From Marsupella aquatica (lineage: Eukaryota; Plantae; Marchantiophyta): a DNA stretch of 64,000 bases. The notes under the pieces are model-generated. The model worked only from the letters and a program-made list of their open reading frames with translations. It had not been told where the DNA came from and did no database searches. This document shows, piece after piece, positions 1 through 11,591 of the stretch; positions within the stretch are counted from its first letter, which is position 1, and the number at the start of each line of letters is the position of its first letter. The translations under genes were made by a program, and so were the position numbers. Location of the stretch: the NCBI GenBank assembly GCA_973895155.1, contig OZ316896.1, positions 2,542,001 through 2,606,000 of the forward strand, read 5' to 3'.

Positions 1-1950
1 GGATAAGGGACTGGATGTCTGGATCCGCCGCCCTCAAAGCACAAAAAATTGTTGCCCGAGAAACCGTATTGAAAGCATTAGAGATATCAACCTGGAGGAC
101 AACCCAATCAGGGTGGAGGTCCAAGGTAGCTCGAATACCCGCAATAACTGTCTCACAACCGTCGGGAATGCCCATTGCAAACTGATGTGGAGAGAGATGA
201 TCCGATAGTGCAAAGCGATACTGCGATGAAAGTGTGCGAGACACCAGACGAAGAAAAACCTCTCCAATAGCTATGGGCTGAACACCCAGTGAAGACTTAG
301 CCATGGCCAGTAAACGAGAAGCACTCAAAAGCCGAGAGACGGGAGGAGGCAAACGGCCGGCTGCAATACACTGGCAAAAGGAGAAGAAAACTGGAAAACC
401 AAACTGAGGATCCTTAGGGGGGAATAAATCACGAAAATGCTCAAAGACATAGCTAGAGGGGCCACCAGCCGCGCAACGCAGGGCATGGAGGAAGGCATAG
501 GTGAAGTGGTCCCTACTAAACTGAAGATCCTCCTCAGGCTCAAAATCCTCCACGAACAAAGGGAGCTGATCATAGGGCTGTGGATGGAGATCCTAAAGGG
601 TCGTCAAGGTGACCTCGCCAGGGGGGGCTGGTGTGGTGGGAGAAAGGGCCTGGACAGCACGGCGATATTCACCAGCCTGGGCTAAATGACAAGAGCGACG
701 AAGGCGTCTATGCTCAGGAGGATGAGAGTGGCGAGTTGGGTCAGACAAAGCACGGGTAGCAAAGGAACGAGCTCAAAGAAAGTACTCTTCCTGAAGCTGT
801 TCCCAATCTCCCCGCAGAAAACGATGGATACGAGAGGCAGTCTCACGGTGACCCACACGACCATCGTGACTAGGGAGGGTAAGAGTCCACTGTGGAAATA
901 GCATGAGTAAAGACCAATAGGAGACCTCTATAGGATGCGCCAAAATAAGCTGCATGAGTTGCAACAAGGATGACCAAACTAATGGGCGCAACGCTAGTGG
1001 GATGTGGTTATAAAGGCGAGGTCTAATGTACCCTGGATGGTAGGCTGGAAGGGGGTCTAGAGTGCGAACCCAACTCCAAGCTTGCTCAGAAGCCTCCAAG
1101 GAAGGAGGGGCAGAGCAAACTGGGTCAAGAGGGGGCTGGGGCTGGGATTGTGCTTGCTGGCGACGTTGGCACCGGCCTCGCCCGCGATGATGAGGAAGGG
1201 AGAGGCCAACCCAGCCACACTCAGGACAAGTATGCAGGGGACACTCGTCTAGGGAGGGAGCAGGGAACGACTGGATAGGAGGTGGGGGGGAACAGACGTG
1301 GATGAACAGGCCGGAGGGGCATGCTGGAGGGGTGGAGGGGGTATGGGGTGGGGAGAGGAGCCAGGGCGTCAATGGGGTGGGCAATAGACTGGGGGGACTG
1401 GCAGAGCATCAGACATGGGGTCATCACGAAGATGAGAGAGATCCAATGAAGAAGAGCAAACACGAAGGCGACCACGAGGCGGGGGGGAGGAGGGGGGAGA
1501 AGTGTGTGGTGGGGATGGGCGCTTGCCCCGCGCCAACACTCTCAACGTAGACATGACAGGCCGCAACCCGATAAAAGCAAAAGCGCATCAAGAAGCGACA
1601 AAAGGCCCAACCAAGACATGTGAAAAGAAAGGGAAGGCTATGGAGGGAGCCCACCGCGTCAATCCGAGAAACGGCGCCACCGCTAGCCTAGGAAACCGTT
1701 GAGCACGTGCAGGCACAACCGGGAACAAAGCTGAAGCACTCGTCGATGTGTCCGCTGAGGAGTTGGTGCAAGTGAATATTTGTTCGCTGATTTGAGCGTG
1801 CTGCTACAACTCCCAAAGATGGTGGAATGCAAACTGGTCCACTAAATGTGGCAAAAGCCACCCTGTCAGAACTGAAGAAGAAAGGCAACAACCAATCGGA
1901 GGAGAAATGTGGCAATACAGGAATGCTCCAAAGCTGATCAAAGGAAACCG
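1..1950 (-). mobile_element. CRE-clade (RLE-type) non-LTR retrotransposon, 5' portion of ORF with reverse transcriptase start, degenerate, runs off window start
   Basis: Minus-strand frame from 1384 to 1 reads CPECGWVGLSLPHH (Zn-finger-like)...AGEYRRAVQAL...LHP...AAGGPSSYVFEHFRDL...SRLLAMAKSSLGVQPIAIGEVFLRLVSR...HLSPHQFAMGIPDGCE...WVVLQVDISNAFNTVSR. These match the CRE/SLACS-type RT signatures (RPIAVGE, QFGVG, DxSNAFN). In-frame stops at 773-775 and 593-595. The 5' boundary is approximate. Confidence 0.85.
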
Positions 1951-2807
1951 TCACCAAAAATGGAGTAAATCAGAATCGTAATCGGAGCCAAAAGTGGTGG
2001 ATATGTCACCAAAAGGACCGTGGTAGGGATAGATGTTGTACTCCCGGACAAGAGCTAGCCAAATCACATGAGAATGCCTGATTCCGTGAACGAGGAATTG
2101 CTATAGGACCCCAAAGCTAATTGGAAGCGAGTACGGTTGAAGTTGAAGGAAAAACGTGAAAGCTAATCAAGTTCCAATCGGGGCAAGAAGAGACCAATTG
2201 GACCACTCTGGGGATCAATCTGATGGGACTCCCTCGTTTTTTGGCCTTTTGGTTTTCCTGAGTTTTCTATTTGTTGTGTTCTCGCTTTACATTTATTCGT
2301 TGTGTTCTCCCTTTACATTTATTCGTTGTACTCTCCCATTACTTCCCTTTTGGCACTTTTTGTTTAAAATGATTATTATGATTATAACTCTGGATTCTTG
2401 TTGAACGAATTATTAAATATTATTTGAAAGTTAAGATGACTCTTTACTGAGCAAGAATAGTTTAGTTTTAATGACTTTTTACGTGTGCCCTCTCGTGTAT
2501 CTCGTCCATCAAACTCTGCCCTCCTGTCATCACTCCTCGTGGCAGTAAGAAGAGGTGGTCTCACTTGTAAAGGCCTCCCCACATTTCTATCATTGTACTC
2601 TGAATCCCTTCCAAAAAAAAGGGTAGCAGTTTCATATACTTATCACATAATGACTTTAGTTGCTTACAAAGTGTTGGCCCCGCTTTTAAAGCCCTCCCAT
2701 TATACCAAATTTTTAAATAGACAAGTTACTACTTTGTAGAACATTGTGACTTAAAAAGTGTGGGCCTTTCGTGTATTTCTCACACATTGACTTAAAATTA
2801 TTGACAA

Positions 2808-3400
2808 GTGGGGGTTGCCACACATGTCCCTGGCCATGCTGAAGCCAAGGTAGCCCGGCTCAAGGAGGAGGTCTATACGGCTCTATACCCTGGGGAGTAT
2901 TCTACCCTTTTGCAGGTCGAGATCTTTGGAGCTCTTCCCCCTAGCTTTGACAGGTTTCTTTGGGCCTATGTAGTTCTTGTATGGAGCAGAGACCTTATCC
3001 CCTTGTGTCTATTCTCATGACCTTCTTTCAACAGCGGGTGTCCACTACTCTTCAGTGGGCTTCACCTTTCACTATTCTTTGTAGGACCAAGGCTGTAGGA
3101 TTAAGGCCATCTAGAAAGATTTCAGTGTGTGAACCTCCCATGCGGTTTACTCTTGAGCTCTACAAGGGTTTCCAGTTTTCTGATACATAGGAAGCTTGTC
3201 TTCTAGCTCGTTTCCTTTGTCGGCCTTTCTTTCTTTTGTTGGGGCTAGGTCTCTTGGGTTTGTGGGGCCCTTGTGCTCTCTCTGGGATTTTCCCCTTTTT
3301 CCCTCCGTAATTGGGGTTTTCGCCTTTGGGACCATGTCTCCCGGTTTGGTGCCTTTGTTCATTGACAGCGTGATATATAAGTCATCATATGAAACAAAAA
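2808..3400 (+). mobile_element. 5'-truncated CRE-clade retrotransposon 3' end (restriction-like endonuclease C-terminus plus 3' UTR)
   Basis: GHAEAKVARLKEEVYTALYPGEYSTLLQVEIFGALPPSFDRFL, then after a frameshift SILMTFFQQRVSTTLQ, resembles the RLE tail K..KY...PLAVETFG...QRVSxxLQR. It is followed by a pyrimidine-rich UTR and an A-rich end. Confidence 0.7.
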
Positions 3401-3640
3401 AGGATTCTGCGGAGAAAAATAATATACTCTAGTAAAGATCAGCAAGATTGAAAATTAAACATAAAGCTAAAGGAAAGCCATATAACAGGAAAAAATAAAT
3501 TTGTTAATAGGGGAATTTTAAAATACAATAGTAAAAAAATTGAAAGTTGTCAAGCACAAAAGAAAAACTACTCTGAAATGGAGGTTGGGTAATCTACTGA
3601 AGAACGAAACACCCTAGGGTATATGCCCATCCTAGAGCAT

Positions 3641-3748
3641 GAGTAGTTGGTTTTGTCCCATGGCAGAATTTAAGAACATGTAAGCTTAGTGTGTAAAGTA
3701 GTTGGTTTTGTCCCATGGCAGAATTTAAGAACATGTAAGCTTAGTGAG
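3641..3748. repeat. Tandem duplication, ~56 bp x2
   Basis: agtagttggttttgtcccatggcagaatttaagaacatgtaagcttagtg occurs twice in succession. Confidence 0.9.
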
Positions 3749-3880
3749 TATAATTAAAAGTAATGATAAAAGCCCTTGTATATGTTTAATGTGACATATC
3801 TGGCAATGTTCACCTACCTTGAGGATGAAAATGATAACTTCAATTAATGTTATTGATTGAAGAATATATGTGTGTATATA

Positions 3881-6800
3881 AGTGGTGGACCTAGCCACCG
3901 AGTGCCCTCACCAACCCCAACACTCTTGCATAAGTACTCTTGGTGCTCAAACATCTACATATAACTCCTTGAGCAAACAACTTGGTGTCTCTATCACCAC
4001 CAACAGCAACTCTCATACAAAGCCGCATTTGCTCACTAACACGACCATTGCTGAACGGTCCTCATTGCTTGCACAAACAACCAAACTTACACCTCGGTAA
4101 GTAACCCGTCAGGATCTAGATACTCCAAGACCATCGTCTTGCCTCAAACTCAACAAACATTGGTAAGCAGGTCAGCAAATAGAAACTCTTGGGCCCATGT
4201 GGCCTTGCCATAAACCAAAGCCAAAGCCAACACCCAGTATTCGCCCAGAAAAACCCCTCTACAAGGTGCCGCCTATGCTTCTTCACTTTCTATCTTTCAT
4301 TGGCTGACTGCCCGACAGTGGTGGACCTAGCCATCCAGCGCCCTCACCAATCCTAGCACTCATGCCTAAGTGCCCCCGGTGCCCAAACGTCTCCACGGAA
4401 TACCTCGAGCAAGCACCCTAGTGCCCCTTGCACCACCAGCAGCCGCTCCCATACGAAGCCGCACCTGCTCTCGTACACGACCACTACTCAACGGTCCTCA
4501 CTGTCTGCACAAGCAACCAAGCACCTTGGTAAGTAACCCTTCAAGATCTAGAACTCGCCAAGTCTAGCATCCTAACTCAAGCTCAACAGACATTGGTAAA
4601 TAGGTTAGCAATAGGTCCTCCTGATGCCATAAGCAGGAACCAGAACCCACGCCCATTGTCCGTCCAGAACAACTCCTTCCTTGGGCACGGCCCGGGTTCC
4701 CCCTTGTACCTATCCATCACCAACTGATCGCCCTGACCCCAGGACATGCTCATGGCCCAAATAGCGTAGCTTGTCCTAAAGCTTGTCCCAAGCTTGTCCC
4801 AACACGCCGAGACCAGAATGGCCCCGCCTCTAGCAACCAACTCCCGATTTGCCAAACTGACGGTCTAGGGACTGAGCACTCTTGGAACTCCACCTCAACA
4901 CCTACTTGGCCTTGCCTCCCCAACGCAAGCTCCCTTGGGAGACTGAACGCGGCTTGGCTACTATTCGGCAAGATTTGGCAAGCGGATGAGTTAACACCCA
5001 CAAACCCCGAGAACCCATGGTGCCCCAAGACCCAACTGAGCTCAGGAGGACGTAGCCCTTCTTGAAAGCTTTCCAACGCACCCAAGAAGTCCTCCAACGG
5101 ATTTCCCGTTGGGAAGATATCGTCGTTTTTGTTTGGCAATTTCCCTTAGTGTCACGACCGCCGCGGCTCACGACTTCGACTCGCCATTAGCCCCCACACC
5201 ACTCCCCTCATATATGCTTTTGGAAACTTGTCACCCTCGGACCAGTTTTGGTCCCTAAACATTTGGCCTCCAACCCGAATCCTATCACACATAAGGGGCG
5301 TGCCACCAACTGGCAACGCCCATAACTCTCTCATTAGGCATCTGCAAGCGGAGTGCCTTAGCCCATCGTGATTGGGCCGACCCAGTGCTCATGCCTAGGC
5401 CCTCAAGTCTCATCGTCGCTCGGGGCCCCCGATCGGCCCAACACGAATCGGGCCATACTTGCGCCCCAAGCATCCGTTGCCCATGGCGTGAACTCCATGG
5501 GCCTTGGGCCCAAGAGGAGCTCACACCCAAGTACTCATAACTAAAAGTCCATCCAGAGGTCCGGACGGTCGTCCTTGAGCCCGGCCCATTTCCCCTTGAC
5601 CCGACCAGCTCTCAACTAGCCCAAGTCCTTAGTGTGTGTCACCAGCTTAGCTCCTTGCCTTCACTAGCGTCACGTCTCGTCGCTCGCAAGCCTCCCCATG
5701 CTAAGTCCTCCCCTGATGGCCTATCTAGGTCTGGACCATAAGGGAGCTTGGCGTCGGAGTCAACGACGCCGGAGCTAAGTGTTAAGGTAGTCGAGTTCCG
5801 TGACTCCGACCCCTAGGACATGTTCATGACCCAAATAGCTAGCTTGTCCCTAAGTTTGTCACAATTGACAGGACCAGTTTGGTCCCGACTTTAGCAACCA
5901 TCTCCAAGGTTCCATCTCAATTGAGATTCTAGGGGCCAAATGCACTTCAATCTAAGCACCCATGCCTACACTGCATTGCCTCCCCAAAGCAAGCTCCCAT
6001 GGGAAATTGAACACGGCTTGGCTGTTGTGTTTGACAGGATTTGGCAAGCGGGTAAGATAGCCCCCCACAAACCTCAAGACCCAAAGGTATCCCCAAAACA
6101 AGCTAAGCTCAAGAGAATTGAATATAGTACTCTTCAAACGCTTTCCAACACATCCAAGGAGTCTCCAACAGACTTCTCGTTAAGAAGTTATTGTCTTTTT
6201 TGCTTGATATTTCTCTTTAGTGTCGCGACAATTGTGGGTCACGATTTGGGGTTGCCCTTGGCCCCCAAGAAGACACCACTCCCCTCCTATATGCTTCTGG
6301 AGACTTGCCACCCCCGGACCAACTTTGGTCCCCTATATTTGGCCCTCAACCTGGACTCCAACTTGATTGCACGAACACGCAACTAACTTGGTAGGCCCAT
6401 AACTTTCTAGTTAGATGTTTGTAAGTGAATTGCCTCAGCCCGGTGTAAACCGGCCAATCCATTGCTCATGTAGGGTCCCTCAAAACCCATCATATATTAG
6501 TGAGGGGTCCAAAATGGCCATACTTGCACCGCGTCGTATCTCATGCGCAAAACATCCATTGCGCATGAAGTAAACTACCTTAGCCTTGGGCCCAAGAGGA
6601 GCTCTCAATCAAGCCCTCAAAACTCAAAGTTCATTTGGTGTTTGGTCGGTCCATCCTGAGCCCGGCCCTTCCCATGACCCAACCATCTCCCACGCTAGTC
6701 TAAGTCCTTAGTGTGTGTCACCAACTTAGCGCATTGCCCTTGTTATTGCAACACTTTGTTGCCAACTAGTCTTCTCATACTTAGTCCCCACCACATGGCC

Positions 6801-6969
6801 GGTTTGGAGGCATGGACCATAGAGGAGCTTGACGTTGGATTCAACAACATTGAAGCTAAATGTTAGAGTAGTAAATAATCAAGTTTCACAACTTTAGCGC
6901 ATTGCCTTTGTTAGTGCAATGCTTCATTGCTCACTAGTCTCCCATACTTAGTTGAGTATTGTTGTGACT
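3881..6969. mobile_element. Older, C-to-T decayed copy of a ~1.5 kb AGT...ACT element (probable solo LTR), split by a younger copy of the same family
   Basis: 3881-4316 aligns by eye to 4317-~4735, and 5811-~6890 aligns to ~4737-5805, with many transition differences. It starts agtggtggacctagcc and ends near ...caact (6893) or ...gtgact (6969). Confidence 0.7.
4317..5805. mobile_element. Younger ~1.49 kb element (probable solo LTR) with AGT...ACT termini and 5-bp TSD CCGAC
   Basis: CCGAC at 4312-4316 and 5806-5810 flanks agtggtggacc...gagttccgtgact. Removing the element restores the collinear older copy. No coding potential recognised. Confidence 0.8.
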
Positions 6970-8050
6970 AAAGCATACGCGCTCAAACATAGGAAAAATA
7001 CAAATGCACAATGTAGTGAATAGCATGAGAGGAGACCCTCAAGTAGAGGCGCTCCATCTGAGAAAAACCAAAGGCGCAGTAGCAGCCCAAGCGATCAGCA
7101 CAAACAGGTGGCTAGCACAACCAAGTGGCGTGGCTGCCAGTACACAAGACGTTAGGCACTGGCAGGTAGATTTAATTCAAATCCTTAAACTAGATAATCG
7201 TTGTTTGATGCTGATTGAATTTGAATCTGACTACGTATGACTAGTCTGAGTCTGAGGCTAATATTCTATCTGACATGTAAAGCTAGTCCTAATATTAAGA
7301 TCTTACTGTCACTAGTCTGAATGTCAGGAATCAGTCTGAGTCATTCACAGTGAGAATTGCTCCAATCATGGTGCCTGGAATTTTGGAAGGACCCCTCATG
7401 GAAGTCCACAATAAGTTTCACCTGCTTATCCAACGATTTACACGACAAATATGTACATTTCCTTCTACTAAAATTGTTTGTTATCATATGACAGGAACGT
7501 GGAGGAACACTATTTGGATTATATTGCACGTAGGATAAATATGTTTATTTTCACTCCTGGAAAGGTAAAATTTGATCAAGTCTATAGACTAGCTTATCTA
7601 CTTTTGATCAAGTCCCATGGACTACACCACACTCACTATGGCCGCTGGTGGAGTGTTGTCACCACCCCTCTTACTCACATGGTCGACCGATCCATGCAAG
7701 GATTCTTTAGAAACTTCTTGGGGAAAGAACACAATTGTGACACAAAAGATAACGCTTCTCCCACAAAGGGGTCCCTGGCTTTGTTGCTGCCATCTCCACT
7801 TCTGGGAAAAAATTGGGGTCCCAACGTGCCGGATGTACGACCGGCTCCAATGTCGAGAAATTATTGTCAAAACATAATCTAATGTATCTTTACCATCTTA
7901 ACTCCATTGGACCGTGTGACTCGTCATTGGATTCAGCTTGGCGAGCTCTTTCCAACAAGCCCATACAATCTTGATTTTAAGATGGTCAAAAATCTGATTT
8001 TTGTACAATCAGGGTCTGTACACACGTTGAAAGCAAGCACAACAGGGAAA

Positions 8051-8073
8051 GGGTTTAGGGTTTAGGGTTTAGG
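8051..8073 (+). repeat. Short interstitial plant telomeric repeat (TTTAGGG x~3)
   Basis: gggtttagggtttagggtttagg. Confidence 0.7.
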
Positions 8074-9249
8074 TATGGGTGGGAACCCCACAAGTGAGAA
8101 AAAGAGAAAAAGGGAAGGAAGAAAGTGTGGGGGCCTCGGAGTGAGGAAGGGAAAATGTGGGAGACTACAGAGTGAGGAAGGAAAAATGTGGGAGCCCCTT
8201 CTTTCTAAGGGCCCTAACACCATCACTACTCCAAGATTGTCTAGGTTTGTCATTTTACAGGCATTGAGCTCCCTCAAGATGTCACTGTTTGATATAGACC
8301 TAAAATCAACTAGGGAACCCTAGTTTCACATGGGGCTCATTCAAGGCTTCAAATGAATCCAAACATGACCATATTTGGAATAGTACTAGCGCAGCAGAGT
8401 CTATTTTAAGTTTCAATGTTTTCTATATTTTGGTCATTCTTCCCATTTTTCACCTTATGTGGAGCCTCCGGCCAGCCCCCACCCATCCCTGATGCCCACA
8501 CCTTGGCCTCCAAGTCCTTGGGCTGCCTTTTGGCCTCCTTGTACCCCCTCAATGGATCCATTGTCATCCATCCCCCGACACCCCTCTCAACTCCGGTCTC
8601 CGGTTGTTGCATCAATTTATTAGAACTAACAAAAATTAAAAAATTTGAAAATCCAAACACTTTTGCTACACCTACTTGTCTTTCTACTTATATACGCAAT
8701 TATTATAAGTCATCACTAAGTTACTACCAGGTTTGGGGCCCTGTCACAATAAGTCTAATATTTAGTATTCCTCTACATTCTGTTGGGCTTGTTGTTCGAG
8801 TAACACCTATTGACCTAAACCCCACAAGCATTGGAAACCTTCTGAATAATGGAGACATAAACTAAATGGGTTGATAGCACTCAATTGCCTTGATGAGAGT
8901 GGAGGGTATGTGTGTTGGTGGGATGAGCTTTGTGGGTAATGGATGTAAGGACTGATCATCTCCTGAGCCCTAGGTTGTCCACTTTCTGATGCTTATTCAA
9001 TCCTCTCTCCCTCCTGTAGGTGCAGGTGGCTGTCCAATCCTTGGAAGCTCACCCTTAAATGTGTTTCCTACAATGAAAGTATTTCATTGTTGGGGTGGGT
9101 AGAGGTACGAAGTATTCTTCCTCATTTCCATTCAAGGCAAAAAAGACAATGGAGGGAGAAGAATCTTCCTTGGTGATTGGAAGGGGGAACTCAATTCACT
9201 AGATTCCCTTTGGACATACTACAGATGAGGCTTCAGGAATTTGGATTGG

Positions 9250-10672
9250 GGTCGGAGTACCTCTCTAAGCAGAGGCTCTTGCAGGCTTGAAGTCATTTTG
9301 ATGGTTGCTAGGCCATCAGGAGTTGCAACTGTTTTTTTCTGATATATTCCGGCCTTCCATCTTTCCCCAAGTTATCAAATATAGTCCACTAATGATGACC
9401 AGAGTTCCCAATATGGGAACACTGCATTTGAATTGACTTGGTGAGCAATAAGTCTGTTTGAAATTGCCTTTCCTGAAAAAAAAACCTCTCATTCATATAC
9501 TGGTTTTGGTTCAACTCTTTCAACTCCTGCAAAACCTGGGAAGATTAAATTAACACCACATCCAAGGAATAGTTGCAAGAGACCTGAATTTTTACAGAGC
9601 CCAGACATGGAACTGGATGTGGGCTATAATTTCCCAAATGAATGCTTTCACCAAGACAAATAAGAGCAAGGGTACTTGTGCAAAAGAGCTGAAGAGGATT
9701 GTATGAGACAAAGAGCACAAGACCTGCCTTTTGATTGGCCCACGCCATGAATGCCATGCTCGCACTTGAACTTATCAGGCATGCACATTAGCCACTTCAC
9801 ACACAATAGAGAACCCCACATCAAACCTATGAATTTGACTTGTTCTTATCCACATCTCACCCTGTGTAACCCAACCCCGTAATATGTTAGATCCTACCAG
9901 ACACTTAAAGTGCAGATAAAGAACAAAATTAAACAATGAATTGGATAAGCATACTAACCAGATATAACACTGTGATTGTCATTGAAGGTTGAGGTTAAAG
10001 GACCCACTCAGAACTGTCCTGCACAGTAATGAGTCCTATACTTGTAAGTGTAGGGGTAGCAACAAAATATGAACATGTTGCCATAGAGACTGGTGCTGGG
10101 AATAGTTTCAAACTGGTTTCAAAGCTTGAAATTGCCAACAACACAACGTCAAATGTGTTAACAAATGTTTTGGACCTCCAAGCACGTTTAGTGCCCTTGA
10201 ACAACATTAGCCCGAAGGTGCCACTCAACTAGTAACTTAGCTTGATCACTTACTGAGAGGTGTTTTTCCTTCAAAAAGGAGTTCATCCATAAATGTTGCT
10301 TGAACAAAACCAAACCATACTGCAATGTATTGCACTGCGTTGTAGAAGACGATTCTAATATTAGGAGTGAATTGTGGTGTCTAATTTCTACCTGCAGTAG
10401 TGCAATGGTTAGTGAAAGTTATTCCCACAAGGAAAAATAAGATCACATCAATCTGCCAGCTCTCTATGTCAAGGTCTACCATGGTAACTCGAGAGGTGCC
10501 TTTGCCATCAACTTGCAATTCTGATCCAGGACTATCCTGTAAGCCTGGGGAAAGGGTCCCTAGAATTGTAGGGCCCTTATAAACGGCTAGAACTACACCC
10601 CCAACAACAGCACATGTATAGCCTCCCACTTTTGCTTGCCCATGAAACCTTCTCCAATTGATATGATCCAAA
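9250..10672 (-). pseudogene. WAT1-related / UMAMIT (nodulin MtN21, EamA) transporter pseudogene, four 3' exon remnants
   Basis: Collinear remnants: GQAKVGG...LAVYKGPT...WQI (10392-10672); LKLFPAPVSMATCSYF...DSSEWVL* (~9960-10110); AWANQKAG...SYNPLQ...LGESIHLG (~9630-9780); ILGTLVIISGLYLITWGK (~9250-9421). It has a frameshift, an in-frame TAA at 9995-9997 and decayed splice sites. The 5' exons were not found. Confidence 0.85.
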
Positions 10673-11247
10673 CTGCATGAAAGAATTTACATCAGTTTTG
10701 ACTAAATAATACAAATTATGACAGCAAATTAGAAATTGAATTTGCACCAGTCTAAAGAAACCAAATAGTAGAGGGTTGTCCCAGGGAAGCCATAAGATGA
10801 ACCAACAATAAGCTGGGAACTATATCTAAACAGATCATTTGGATGGTGTACAAATTGACCAGGAGAACTACATTTCAAGGAGGAAGGTACGGCACAATGA
10901 CAGTCCGGATGATTAAGAATTGACTTTAGTGGGGCTTAAGTCGTGTTACTTTTTTGAAACCCGACTATATTTATAGTTTCGCAAAGCGAAAAAAAAAGAA
11001 CTGTGATTGCAATAACATAAGAAAGTGAAGTAGGCCTGACAACAACAGCAGTTGGTGGAAAAATAGCATGACAATTATCATAATTCCAAGAAATTCTCCT
11101 TAAAGAAATACGCACTAGCACTTCACTCAAAAAAGTTTTGAATGGTGTATCGGGGCAGTGCCACGAAACTAGGGTGTCAAAGAAAGTGATGTTATGGAAT
11201 CTGGACATAGGATGGACTCTTCATACCCCAGGATATGATGACCTGAG

Positions 11248-11591
11248 TGTTGAGCATAGACAACACTCGTAACGGTAAGCTCATGACACATCCAACGCGC
11301 AAGTAGTCGACACAAGAGATACGTGGTTCACCTCCTCGAGGCTACGTTCACGGGAACACACAAGAGAGCTTTATTGAACTCTAAGCCCGTCGGCCATACC
11401 AAGTCTTTACAGTGTAAGCTCTCCTCATTTCTCAAGTGGCTCCGTAACAATGAGCCTAAGTTCCACTTATCCAAGCAAACACCGCTTGGCATATACTGTG
11501 CATTCTAGTTAACCTAACCACGTCTCTGACTATGGTTAGCCTAACTACGATTACATGTCATAAACCCTAGACCTTGAGTAAATACCTAACA
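11248..11591. mobile_element. Solo LTR (~344 bp), TG...CA
   Basis: Begins tgttgagc and ends cctaaca, flanked by CTGAG/CTAAG (5-bp TSD with one mismatch). A closely similar reverse-complement copy lies at 59183-59525. Confidence 0.85.

Noticed and set aside
4317-5805. Polinton/Maverick identity suggested by AGT...ACT termini
   Set aside because: There are no long TIRs, the TSD is 5 bp rather than 6 bp and there are no coding remnants.
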